A stretch of 63,707 bases of DNA, from assembly GCA_964404825.1 (NCBI GenBank), contig CAYOLQ010000009.1, positions 1-63,707 on the forward strand. The letters run 5' to 3'. The notes beneath the pieces are model-generated. The model worked only from the letters and a program-made list of their open reading frames with translations, was not told the origin of the DNA and searched no databases. Shown here piece after piece: positions 17,677 to 26,658 of the stretch (its first letter is position 1; each line of letters begins with the position of its first letter). Origin of the DNA: an uncultured Chitinophaga sp. Its GTDB lineage: Bacteria; Bacteroidota; Bacteroidia; Bacteroidales; GCA-2748055. The translations under genes and the position numbers were made by a program.

Positions 17677-18539
17677 TTACGAATTGGGTTTTTAAAATAC
17701 ACCTGATTTTTTTTCACGAACTGAGTTGAATAGGGCCCTATGATGCTCTCATGAACACCTAACACAAGACATCCGTCGCTACTAAGATTCTTGTAAAACA
17801 AATTAAATACTTTGTTCTGCAAATCACTATTGAAATAGATGATTACATTTCTGCATATTATCAAATCAAATTTAATCGCAAACAAATTTTCGTCCTTAAC
17901 TAGATCAATCTTTTTAAAAACCGGTTTCTCAGTCAGAAACTTTTTCATCTGAATCAAATCCCTGGCTTTATCAACGATAAAATAATTTTCATGAAGGTGT
18001 TGTTTTTTTTCCTCACTGGGATCCTTTTCAGGAAAAATTACGGTATCCAGATTATCTATATAGGCTTGATTAAACCTGTATTTGTACTTTCCGGTTTTTG
18101 CGAGATCCAATACATCTGAGTTTATATCACTGGCAAAAATTTCAGCTTTTGATAGCATGTTTAACTGGTCAAGAAGAATCATCATTGAGTATACTTCCTG
18201 TCCCGTTGAACAGCCTGCGTGCCAGATACGCATACTTTTCCTGCCGGAAAATTTAGGCAGAATTTCATCCCTGAGGTTAATCCAGATGGAGGGGTCGCGA
18301 AAAAGTTCAGTAGTATTTACAGTAATGCTCATTACTACTTTTTCCATAAATTGAGGATTAGAAAAAATAGTATCTTCTAATTGACTAATCGACAACTTAC
18401 TATCAGACAGTATTTTAGAGATCCTTCGTTTCAGTGATTTAAGGGAATAGTTTGTGAAGTCATAATTAGAGCGATCCCTGAATACTTCAAGAAAAGCTAT
18501 AATTTCCTCATCCTTAATTTCCTGATCAGTAGGACTCAT
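17673..18539 (-). CDS. cheR: CheR-type protein-glutamate O-methyltransferase
   Basis: 288 aa. Canonical TELFRDPSIW and IWHAGCSTGQEVYS motifs, and ...IICRNVIIYF.... Confidence 0.9.
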   Translation of the reverse strand: MSPTDQEIKDEEIIAFLEVFRDRSNYDFTNYSLKSLKRRISKILSDSKLSISQLEDTIFSNPQFMEKVVMSITVNTTELFRDPSIWINLRDEILPKFSGRKSMRIWHAGCSTGQEVYSMMILLDQLNMLSKAEIFASDINSDVLDLAKTGKYKYRFNQAYIDNLDTVIFPEKDPSEEKKQHLHENYFIVDKARDLIQMKKFLTEKPVFKKIDLVKDENLFAIKFDLIICRNVIIYFNSDLQNKVFNLFYKNLSSDGCLVLGVHESIIGPYSTQFVKKNQVYFKNPIRK

Positions 18540-18731
18540 ATCCCCATTTTTTACAAGAGTAAATCTAAGAAAAATATCCTGTTTTCAAATCTGATTTATT
18601 TCATCGCAAAACAGAACCTTTTTATATCACCATAAAGACATGTTCCGGATATAAAAAAATCCCACCCTGATTAAAAAAATTATATATCGGATTTATTTAT
18701 ATTTGTGAGAGTATGTCTTAAAACTAACACC

Positions 18732-19427
18732 ATGAGAAAATCTTTTTTTACTTTTTTACTTCTGTTCGCTATTTCCGGTTCATACCTCATTGCACAGAAT
18801 TGCGACATGTACTTCCCCGATAAGGCAGGATCGATACGCGAACTTACCAATTTCGATAAAAAGGGAAAAATGACAGGAATGGTACATCAGGAATTCATAG
18901 GGAAAGATGTTACCGGAAACGAAACATCAGTTACCGTGCTGAGCAAAGCATTCGACAAAGATAGCAAGGAACTGAGCTCTAATCAAATGATTATCAAATG
19001 TAAGAATGGTGTTTTCAGCATTGATATGAAGGATTTTATTGATAAATCCATGCTTGAAGCATATAAGGAGATGGAAATTATTATGACCGGAGACAATATT
19101 AATTATCCTTCAGGTTTTAAGGTGGGAGATAAACTTGAAGATGCCAGTATCAATATAGTAGTAAAAAATCAGGGTGTTGTTTTTATGAACTGGACCATTA
19201 CCATTTCAAACAGGATGGTAACTGCGCAGGAAAGTATTTCCACAGATGCGGGTACATTTCAGACGTATAAGCTTACATATGATCTTCAGACAAAAACCCG
19301 CATTATGACCATAAACTCCAAAGCTGCCGAATGGCTTTGTTCAGGTGTCGGGGTAATAAAATCGGAAAGCTATGATAAGACCGGTAAGCTTTTGGCCTAT
19401 TCCTTACTAACAAAATTGAAAAACTAA
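18732..19427 (+). CDS. secreted protein, function unknown
   Basis: The ATG at 18732 gives MRKSFFTFLLLFAISGSYLIAQ (signal peptide). The track GTG start at 18705 is the last base of a TATATTTG -7 box (18698-18705), so the downstream ATG is preferred. Confidence 0.7.
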   Translation: MRKSFFTFLLLFAISGSYLIAQNCDMYFPDKAGSIRELTNFDKKGKMTGMVHQEFIGKDVTGNETSVTVLSKAFDKDSKELSSNQMIIKCKNGVFSIDMKDFIDKSMLEAYKEMEIIMTGDNINYPSGFKVGDKLEDASINIVVKNQGVVFMNWTITISNRMVTAQESISTDAGTFQTYKLTYDLQTKTRIMTINSKAAEWLCSGVGVIKSESYDKTGKLLAYSLLTKLKN

Positions 19428-19589
19428 GTTTGGAATTGTATAATAAAAGTATCGGAATGAACAGAGGGGAGTTACAGGGATGAGATTAAACATTTGATCC
19501 CTTTTTATTCCGATGATCTATCTGCCTCAATGAAGATGTATCAAAGTTGAAACAAGTTAACTCGATTTCCTGTTATTTGGAATCGATAT

Positions 19590-20246
19590 TTAGCTCTTGA
19601 TGGCTCTGTATAAAATACTTTCTCCCAAATAAACTATTTCCATCTCCCCAATAGAAATCAGCTTTACAAGAATATCCGATGCTTTTTTACGATTTAACAA
19701 TGCCAGTTTGCAGAAATCCTCCAAACTGATTGTTGTATTTTTACTGAGGTAGTCAAGTAATTTTTTTTCTGTTTCAGTAAATGGAAGAAACACACCTTTT
19801 TTTCGATTTTCGATTTTCCAGACTCGCAGTTGTATCGCATTTACAAGAAAATTTTCATCACAAACCCTGATATAAGCAAGCCATTTTCCCTCAGGTGATT
19901 TTGCCAGGTAGGGTTTTTCATCACCTTTGGGGATATCAACCTCCAGAATTGTCTTGCCGTCAATAAGCCATTTGCGTGCTTTAAATTTTATTTCTGGTTT
20001 ACAAAATAATCCTGCAGCTGAATCGATCATGTAAATTTCTTCCTCACTTCTGATTCCCGCGATTTTCCCGTTATCTTTTACACCAATGAGTAACTTTCCT
20101 CCAAATGAATTTGAAAAGGCTACCAGAGTTTTTGCGATTTTACGAACATCACTGATTTCAAATTTGAAATCCTGTCGCAAGTGTTCCCCTTCTTCAATTA
20201 ATTTCTGAATATAGCTGCTCACCTTGATTTTTGTTATTGAGAACAA
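19590..20246 (-). CDS. AlbA_2/Schlafen-type putative DNA-binding domain protein with a C-terminal wHTH-like region
   Basis: 218 aa. E..LEFK-like core (EGEHLRQDFKFEISD...IAKTLVAFSNSFGGKLLIGVKDNGKIAGI) is typical of the divergent AAA_4/AlbA_2 family. Confidence 0.6.
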   Translation of the reverse strand: MFSITKIKVSSYIQKLIEEGEHLRQDFKFEISDVRKIAKTLVAFSNSFGGKLLIGVKDNGKIAGIRSEEEIYMIDSAAGLFCKPEIKFKARKWLIDGKTILEVDIPKGDEKPYLAKSPEGKWLAYIRVCDENFLVNAIQLRVWKIENRKKGVFLPFTETEKKLLDYLSKNTTISLEDFCKLALLNRKKASDILVKLISIGEMEIVYLGESILYRAIKS

Positions 20247-20444
20247 TTCTAAATCTCAAATTTATAAAAATCCAAATGATCTGATAATGTATTATAAATC
20301 AATTTAAAATGTTAAGATTTATTTTTGGTACAATTCATCCCAGTAAAACATCGGCGCCAAGTAATTGGGAATTGATAACTTGATTTACTATATTTCCCAT
20401 CGCAAATTTTTTCTGATTACCATCAACTAAAAAAATTAACTAAT

Positions 20445-21941
20445 ATGAGTAATTCAAAAGAGTATAAAAAATCCGGTATGTCGAGGAGACAATTCGTATA
20501 TACCAGCGCTGCTGCAGCAGCTGGTCTGACAATCCTTCCCAGCGGAATCATAAGTGCTAAAGGCAGGACCGCACCGAGCGATAAACTGAATATTGCTGGC
20601 ATTGGTGTTGGAGGAATGGGTTTTGCCAATCTGAAAAACCTTGAATCTCAGAATATTGTAGGTGTGTGTGATGTTGATTGGGGTTATAGCAAACGGGTAT
20701 TTGACCATTATCCAAAAGCCGGGAAATACAAAGATTTTAGAAAAATGTATGATGATATGGGTAAATCCATTGATGCAGTAGTTGTTGCAACTGCTGATCA
20801 TACACATGCATTGGCTGCAGCTCAGGCAATGGCAATGGGAAAACACGCCTATGTTCAAAAACCACTTACACATTCTGCATATGAATCAAGACTTCTCACC
20901 AAACTGGCTGCAAAACACAAACTTGCTACCCAGATGGGAAACCAGGGTTCTTCAGGTGAAGGTGTGAGACAAACCTGCGAATGGATTTGGAGCGGACAAA
21001 TTGGTGAAATAACTAAAGTTGAGGCATTTACTGATCGCCCGATTTGGCCTCAGGGGCTTAATCGCCCTGCCAAAGGAATGTGGGTTCCCGAAACCCTTGA
21101 TTGGGATTTGTTTATTGGTCCGGCTCCTATGCGTCCATATCACGAACTTTATACTCCCTGGAACTGGCGCGGCTGGTGGGATTTTGGAACCGGTGCACTT
21201 GGAGATATGGCCTGCCATATTCTTCACCCGGTATTTGTGGGTCTGAAATTAAATTATCCGACTAAAGCACAGGGTAGCTCAACCTTGTTGTTAACCGACA
21301 GTGCCCCCAATGCGCAAATGGTTAAACTTACCTTCCCTGCCCGTGTAAAACCAAAAGAACTGAAGATTAATTTACCTGAAGTTGAAGTAACCTGGTATGA
21401 TGGTGGTCTTCAGCCCCCCTTGCCTAAAGGCTGGCCGGAAGGCAGAAATATGAATGATTCCGGTGGTGGAGTTATTTTCCATGGAACAAAGGACACCCTA
21501 ATCTGTGGTTGCTACGGAGTGAATCCCTGGCTGCTTTCAGGCCGGGTACCGGAAGTACCAAAAACACTTCGTCGGGTTGAAGAATCTCATGAAATGGATT
21601 GGGTAAGAGCTTGTAAAGAAAGTCCTGAAAGCCGGGTGGAAACTGCTTCTCCATTCCGCGTTGCCGGTCCTTTCAATGAAATGGTTGTTATGGGTGTTAT
21701 GGCAGTTCGTCTCCAGGCCCTTAACAAAGAGCTTCTATGGAATGGCGAAAAGATGGAGTTTACCAATATCGGTGACTCAGAGGAAATTAAAACTGTTATC
21801 GAAGACGGCTTTAAAATCCATGACGGGCATCCCACTTTTGACAAAAAGTGGACCCCGGCGGTTAATGCCAGACAGTTCTCAAAAGAGCTTGTTAAACATA
21901 CTTATCGCGAAGGCTGGGTTCTTCCTGAAATGCCTGTTTAA
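20445..21941 (+). CDS. Tat-exported Gfo/Idh/MocA-family oxidoreductase
   Basis: 498 aa. Twin-arginine signal SRRQFVYTSAAAAAGL, Rossmann motif NIAGIGVGGMG, and ...VVVATADHTHA.... Confidence 0.85.
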   Translation: MSNSKEYKKSGMSRRQFVYTSAAAAAGLTILPSGIISAKGRTAPSDKLNIAGIGVGGMGFANLKNLESQNIVGVCDVDWGYSKRVFDHYPKAGKYKDFRKMYDDMGKSIDAVVVATADHTHALAAAQAMAMGKHAYVQKPLTHSAYESRLLTKLAAKHKLATQMGNQGSSGEGVRQTCEWIWSGQIGEITKVEAFTDRPIWPQGLNRPAKGMWVPETLDWDLFIGPAPMRPYHELYTPWNWRGWWDFGTGALGDMACHILHPVFVGLKLNYPTKAQGSSTLLLTDSAPNAQMVKLTFPARVKPKELKINLPEVEVTWYDGGLQPPLPKGWPEGRNMNDSGGGVIFHGTKDTLICGCYGVNPWLLSGRVPEVPKTLRRVEESHEMDWVRACKESPESRVETASPFRVAGPFNEMVVMGVMAVRLQALNKELLWNGEKMEFTNIGDSEEIKTVIEDGFKIHDGHPTFDKKWTPAVNARQFSKELVKHTYREGWVLPEMPV

Positions 21942-21961
21942 GCGATCTGATTTTTCAGAAA

Positions 21962-21997
21962 GGGGTGAGACAATTTTGGTTCTCACCCCTTTTTTTG
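21962..21997 (+). terminator. rho-independent terminator
   Basis: The ggggtgaga / tctcacccc stem (21962-21970 and 21981-21989) is followed by a T-run. Confidence 0.8.
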
Positions 21998-22137
21998 TTT
22001 ATTTAGCTGAATAATTGCTTATTTCATCGTTTCGAAATATCTCGATTTATACAGGATATCACAGGAAAAATTTTGACCTGTTTCGCCGAACGAATAATGC
22101 AGGTCCTTAAAAGAAGAATAATTCTATTCCTAAAAGA

Positions 22138-23610
22138 ATGATACTTTTTAAATCAAATTTTTTTAATCTCTTTCTGGTAATTTGGGTCTTTACTTTCAGT
22201 CAATGTAAAACCATTTCCCAACCCGAGGAGTTTTTCTGTAACCTTCTTGCAGGTGAGGCCACACAAACCAGTGTTGTTCTGCAGGCAAGATTACACTCTT
22301 CAGATACACTTGTAAATAATGATATCAAGGGGTTAGAAGGGTATATTAAATTTTGTATTACAAGGGATTTAGAATCTCAGTTTTATATGGAGAGTAATTT
22401 TTTCCATGCTACAGACAGCAATGATTTTATAGCAAAATATGAATTTGCAGGCCTCCGTCCTTCTCAAAAGTATTTTTACAGGATTTCTTATGGCCGGGAT
22501 TCCATTAACACAACATCAAGTGCATGGAACAGCTTTAAAACACTAAATTCATCCAACTCGGATAAAAGCGTAAGTTTTGTAGTTGTTACCGGAATGAATT
22601 TTGAAGCATTCCGGAACGGTAATTCAAAAAGCAATATTTTGAAAGCAGATAACGATGTCAAGAAATCCGGATTTCCTGCATTTCATTCTATTGCTGCATG
22701 TAAACCTGACTTCTGGATTGGAAATGGAGATAATGTTTATTACGACAAACCCGAAAATAGTCCGGCAATTTCTTTACAGGATATGCGATTACGCTGGCAC
22801 TGGCTTTTCAGTATGTCGGATTTTAACCAGATGCTTTCGCATACTTCAACGTACTGGATGATGGATGATCATGACTTCCGTTATAATGATTGTGATACTG
22901 TTTTAAAATATGATGAATCAGGAAACCCTTTACTACCCGATGTTTCACTAGGATCCGGAGTCTTCTACGAGCAGATCCCGCTATCTTCCATTATTAAAGA
23001 AAACAGGCCATCTTACAGAACGCACCGGTTAAATAAGGACGTGCAGATATGGATGCTTGAAGGCAGGCTTTTCAGATCACCCAATTCAATTCCCGATATC
23101 AATGGCAAAAGTATCTGGGGATCATCGCAGCTAAACTGGTTAAAAAGTACGCTTAAGGAAAGCGATGCCCCCTTCAGAATTGTCATTAGTCCTACTCCTC
23201 TGATTGGCCCTGATGATGCTTCAAAATCAGATAATCATACAAATATCGGAGGATTCAGAACAGAAAGGGATAGTCTGTTCAACTGGCTGAAAAATAATGG
23301 ATTTCGGAATAACGGACTTTATTTTATATGTGGAGACCGTCATTGGCAATACCACTCTATTGATCCTTCCGGATTTGAAGAGTTTTCGTGCGGAGCACTG
23401 GTAGATGCAAATGCCCGGGCAGGTATATCTCCCGGTGATACACTTTCTACGGATCCTCTTGGAACAATCATTCAGCCATATTTACAGAAAGAAATATCCG
23501 GCGGGTTTTTGTTTGTCAGTTCTCACAGAGATGAGTTCAATAGCCCATTACTATTTTTCAGATTTTATGATGATCAGAAAAAACTGTTATATGCCGTTCA
23601 GAAATTCTGA
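22138..23610 (+). CDS. PhoD-like metallophosphatase (alkaline phosphatase D family)
   Basis: 490 aa with an N-terminal signal. Metallophosphatase motifs GNGDNVYYD, MMDDHDF and ICGDRHWQYH. Confidence 0.8.
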   Translation: MILFKSNFFNLFLVIWVFTFSQCKTISQPEEFFCNLLAGEATQTSVVLQARLHSSDTLVNNDIKGLEGYIKFCITRDLESQFYMESNFFHATDSNDFIAKYEFAGLRPSQKYFYRISYGRDSINTTSSAWNSFKTLNSSNSDKSVSFVVVTGMNFEAFRNGNSKSNILKADNDVKKSGFPAFHSIAACKPDFWIGNGDNVYYDKPENSPAISLQDMRLRWHWLFSMSDFNQMLSHTSTYWMMDDHDFRYNDCDTVLKYDESGNPLLPDVSLGSGVFYEQIPLSSIIKENRPSYRTHRLNKDVQIWMLEGRLFRSPNSIPDINGKSIWGSSQLNWLKSTLKESDAPFRIVISPTPLIGPDDASKSDNHTNIGGFRTERDSLFNWLKNNGFRNNGLYFICGDRHWQYHSIDPSGFEEFSCGALVDANARAGISPGDTLSTDPLGTIIQPYLQKEISGGFLFVSSHRDEFNSPLLFFRFYDDQKKLLYAVQKF

Positions 23611-23621
23611 ACAGATTTGAG

Positions 23622-24449
23622 CTATTCACCATAGACTTCTGCAGACTCTTTAGCAATCATTACTTTTTTTCTTACACTTCCCCAATGATACTCACCAATG
23701 ATACCTGTTGCACGGATAACCCGGTGGCAGGGTATAAGATAGGCAACAGGATTATCACCTACTGCAGTTCCTACTGCCCGGGCTGCCCCCTTTGCTCCAA
23801 TTACTTCAGCAATTCCGGAATAGGTAGTGAGACTTCCTGAAGGTATTTTTAACAGTGCTTCCCATACCTTTAACTGGAAGGCTGTTCCTTTAAGATGAAG
23901 ATTAACACGGGAAATTTCTGATGGCTTATAATTAAAAACTGATAATGCCTCCTCATGATAATTGTGAGTTGCTTTAATACAGTTTGCAGCAGGGAATTTT
24001 TTCCGGAGCTCCGCAAGTCCCTCTTGAATGGATTCGGTAAATGCAATATGACAAATTCCTTTTGATGTTGAGGCTATAATAAGTTTTCCAAAGGTACACT
24101 CATAATTATTCCAATAAATCAAAAGGTCCTTACCTCCATTCTTAAATTCTCCCGGAGTCATCCCTTCTATTTTGATAAAGAGATCATGAAGTCTGGAACT
24201 GCCCGATAACCCGGTGTTATAGCTTGTTTCTGAAAGTGAGTACTGAGCATTCAAAAGTTTTTTAGAATGCTCAAGGCTGATATACTGAAGAAACTTTTTC
24301 GGACTAACTCCTGCCCATTCTTTAAACATTTTCTGAAAGTGAAAGGGACTAATTCCAATATATTCCGATACTTGTTCAAGACGCGGCTGCTGAGTGAAAT
24401 TTTCTGTTATATAATGAATAGCTTTTGCAATTTTTTCGTAATCTGTCAT
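23622..24449 (-). CDS. AraC-type HTH fused to methylated-DNA--protein-cysteine methyltransferase (Ada/Ogt-like)
   Basis: 275 aa. AraC HTH (ISPFHFQKMFKEWAGVSPKKFLQY) and the MGMT active site IPCHRVI. Confidence 0.85.
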   Translation of the reverse strand: MTDYEKIAKAIHYITENFTQQPRLEQVSEYIGISPFHFQKMFKEWAGVSPKKFLQYISLEHSKKLLNAQYSLSETSYNTGLSGSSRLHDLFIKIEGMTPGEFKNGGKDLLIYWNNYECTFGKLIIASTSKGICHIAFTESIQEGLAELRKKFPAANCIKATHNYHEEALSVFNYKPSEISRVNLHLKGTAFQLKVWEALLKIPSGSLTTYSGIAEVIGAKGAARAVGTAVGDNPVAYLIPCHRVIRATGIIGEYHWGSVRKKVMIAKESAEVYGE

Positions 24450-24588
24450 AGAAATAGTTTTTTCAAAAATAAAGTTTTCCCGGGTGGATTGAAACCCGAT
24501 TCTTGCTATTTGTTATGAAGAAAAAAAATCAATTCATATAAGTTAAAAAATGAATTGCATTTGATACTTTTGATTTTAAATCATAAAT

Positions 24589-25104
24589 ATGGATATAAAA
24601 GCCCAACTTTTATCGGAGTTATCCCGCACTAATATTGATTTCACAATTCATACTCTGGGAAATGATGCGTCCGGTTTTAAGGAATTGATACAATTCATAT
24701 TAAATGAGCAGGATCCTCTTCCAATGAGGGCCGCATGGGTGGTCGAGGGCATTACCCTTACATATCCTGAGATGATTCAACCCTATGTTGGTATACTCAT
24801 TCGAAACCTCAGGGAGTATTCTCATCCGGGAACAAGACGCAATCTTCTTAAAATTTTTTCAAGAATGGAAATCGGGGTAAAATACCATGGTGTTTTACTG
24901 GATATATGTTTCGACTGGCTTACAAGGGAGGAACAGACTGTTGCTGAAAAAGTTTATGCAATGCAGATTATTGCAAATCACCTGAAACACTATCCGGAAC
25001 TCACAAATGAATTTATTGAAATAGTAGATGATCAAATACCAAAAAACTCTGCCGGGTTTTCGTCCAGAGCCAGACTCATTAAAAGGCAGCTGAAAAAAAA
25101 TTAA
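24589..25104 (+). CDS. all-alpha HEAT/ARM-like protein, function unknown
   Basis: 171-aa ORF, divergent from the Ada-like gene. Helical-repeat character only; no motif recognised. Confidence 0.5.
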   Translation: MDIKAQLLSELSRTNIDFTIHTLGNDASGFKELIQFILNEQDPLPMRAAWVVEGITLTYPEMIQPYVGILIRNLREYSHPGTRRNLLKIFSRMEIGVKYHGVLLDICFDWLTREEQTVAEKVYAMQIIANHLKHYPELTNEFIEIVDDQIPKNSAGFSSRARLIKRQLKKN

Positions 25105-25163
25105 TATACGTTGTTTCAATAGAATTTATTATTTTTGAGTGAAAACCAACACAATCCCCGGAA

Positions 25164-26231
25164 ATGAAAATGAAAATAATTCTACTTACAGTATTAATTC
25201 TGTCTGGTAGTTTTTTAGGAATCAGCGCCCAGGTCCTCGATGGGTATGTAAAATCCAAAGCCAGAACCGCTCAGAACCGGGCAGTTTATGATGCCGACAA
25301 AGAGGTTGATAACCAAATTAATAAGGCCGTAGATAAAGAATTTGACAAGTTAAAAAACAAGATTCTTGATAAAGATAAAAAGAAGAATGAAGGTGAAACC
25401 GATTCAACTTTGGCTGCTGAACCCGCTGAACCCGCTGAACCTGCAGAAGGTGATAAATCAAAATCTAAATCAGGGTCTTCCTCCGATGATGCAATGTCCA
25501 AAGCACTGATGGGTAAAATGGGAATTAGCATGGAGCGGCCTGCAAATATGAAGGACAACTATGATTTTACCGGTAATATCAAGATGGATGTTGAAACATG
25601 GAACGATGATGGTGAATCTGAAGGTATAATTGATTATACAACTCAGTATTCAGATAAAAATAATGGCTTTGCAATGGAATTCAAAGACGAAGATAATAAG
25701 TATTCAACGATGATTTTCGATTACGATAATATGTTAATGCTTATTCTGGGTGACGATGGATCTGAAAAAAATGGTTTTGCCAGCCCTCTGGGAGCTTTTC
25801 AGTCCGACTCAGTAAGCACTGCTTCGGTAAACGAGACTAATTCAGAAGAGGTTGAAAACTATTATTCAGGCTTTAAAAAGACCGGAAAAACCAAGACCAT
25901 CGCAGGTTATGCATGTGAGGAATATTATTTTGAAGATGAAGAAAGCATGATAAGTTATTGGATGACTTCAGAACTTCCAAAAGAATTGTGGGCAAAAATG
26001 GGCTCTTCCAGTGTTTTTACTTCAGTATACACCGGGCAGACAAATGGATTTGTAATGGAATCTGACCATCAGTATAAAGCATCCAAAGAAAGATCCCGCA
26101 TGATTGTCAGGGAAGTTAATAAGAATCAACCAGCCCGGATAAGTACCGTTGGTTATAATGTGATGACAATGAATGTTAGCCCCTCTGCAACGCAGCCTGC
26201 AGAGAAAGGGAAAAAAGGCACCAAGAAATAG
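25164..26231 (+). CDS. secreted protein (DUF4412-like) with a charged low-complexity linker
   Basis: 355 aa. Signal MKMKIILLTVLILSGSFLGISAQ. (AEP)3 repeat and an S/K/D-rich linker. C-terminal ...KTIAGYACEEYYF.... Confidence 0.65.
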   Translation: MKMKIILLTVLILSGSFLGISAQVLDGYVKSKARTAQNRAVYDADKEVDNQINKAVDKEFDKLKNKILDKDKKKNEGETDSTLAAEPAEPAEPAEGDKSKSKSGSSSDDAMSKALMGKMGISMERPANMKDNYDFTGNIKMDVETWNDDGESEGIIDYTTQYSDKNNGFAMEFKDEDNKYSTMIFDYDNMLMLILGDDGSEKNGFASPLGAFQSDSVSTASVNETNSEEVENYYSGFKKTGKTKTIAGYACEEYYFEDEESMISYWMTSELPKELWAKMGSSSVFTSVYTGQTNGFVMESDHQYKASKERSRMIVREVNKNQPARISTVGYNVMTMNVSPSATQPAEKGKKGTKK

Positions 26232-26270
26232 GAAATCTTTAAGGAGCTCTGACTACTCAGTTTTTTTAAT

Positions 26271-26654
26271 ATGGCAGCAAACCGGGTTCCGGTTTTGGAA
26301 AAATCTCCCCGGTTAAGACTGAATCTTGCTCATTTCGGGGGAGATGATTCATGGAAGAAATATACAAGTGGAAAATCTGAGCAATGGGGAGATCAAATTA
26401 TTGATATGATGCATGGCTTCGACATTCATTATAAAGATTTTTACAGAACAGATTACACGAAAGCACTATAAAATCTGCTTTGCAATGGTAGTATTGTTGC
26501 TTCCAGAGTTTTATATGGATCCGATTATTATAAGGTTGTAAGTGAAGGGCTCTTCCGCTTGCTAAATTCCGAGTTTATGAGTATTATGGGAGATGAGCTT
26601 ATAAAAAAAATCGCAAAGGAAAATCCAATGCGATTTTTTTTTTGGATGAGTTAA
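26271..26654 (+). pseudogene. remnant of the C-terminal part of a metal-dependent amidohydrolase (TIM-barrel) gene, frame-disrupted
   Basis: Frame A (26271-26471) reads ...RLNLAHFGGDDSW.... A different frame (to the TAA at 26652-26654) reads VLYGSDYYKVVSEGL...ELIKKIAKENPMRFF, a typical amidohydrolase C-terminus. No N-terminal half is present. Confidence 0.5.
26608..26643. terminator. bidirectional rho-independent terminator
   Basis: An A8 tract, the stem atcgca/tgcgat and a T10 tract. It reads as a terminator on both strands, between the convergent remnant (+) and the 26659-27399 gene (-). Confidence 0.7.
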
Positions 26655-26658
26655 TGTC

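Noticed and set aside
13632-18539. Interpretation as a classical chemotaxis operon
   Set aside because: Only CheR, a CheR-like protein and a receiver-less CheB are present. There is no CheA, CheW, CheY or MCP signalling domain in the cluster or window, and the MCP-shaped protein continues into GAF-PAS-PAS instead.
25416-25445. Short 9-bp tandem repeat (gctgaaccc x3)
   Set aside because: It is in frame within a CDS and encodes (AEP)3 in a low-complexity linker. It is not a CRISPR or a non-coding repeat array.
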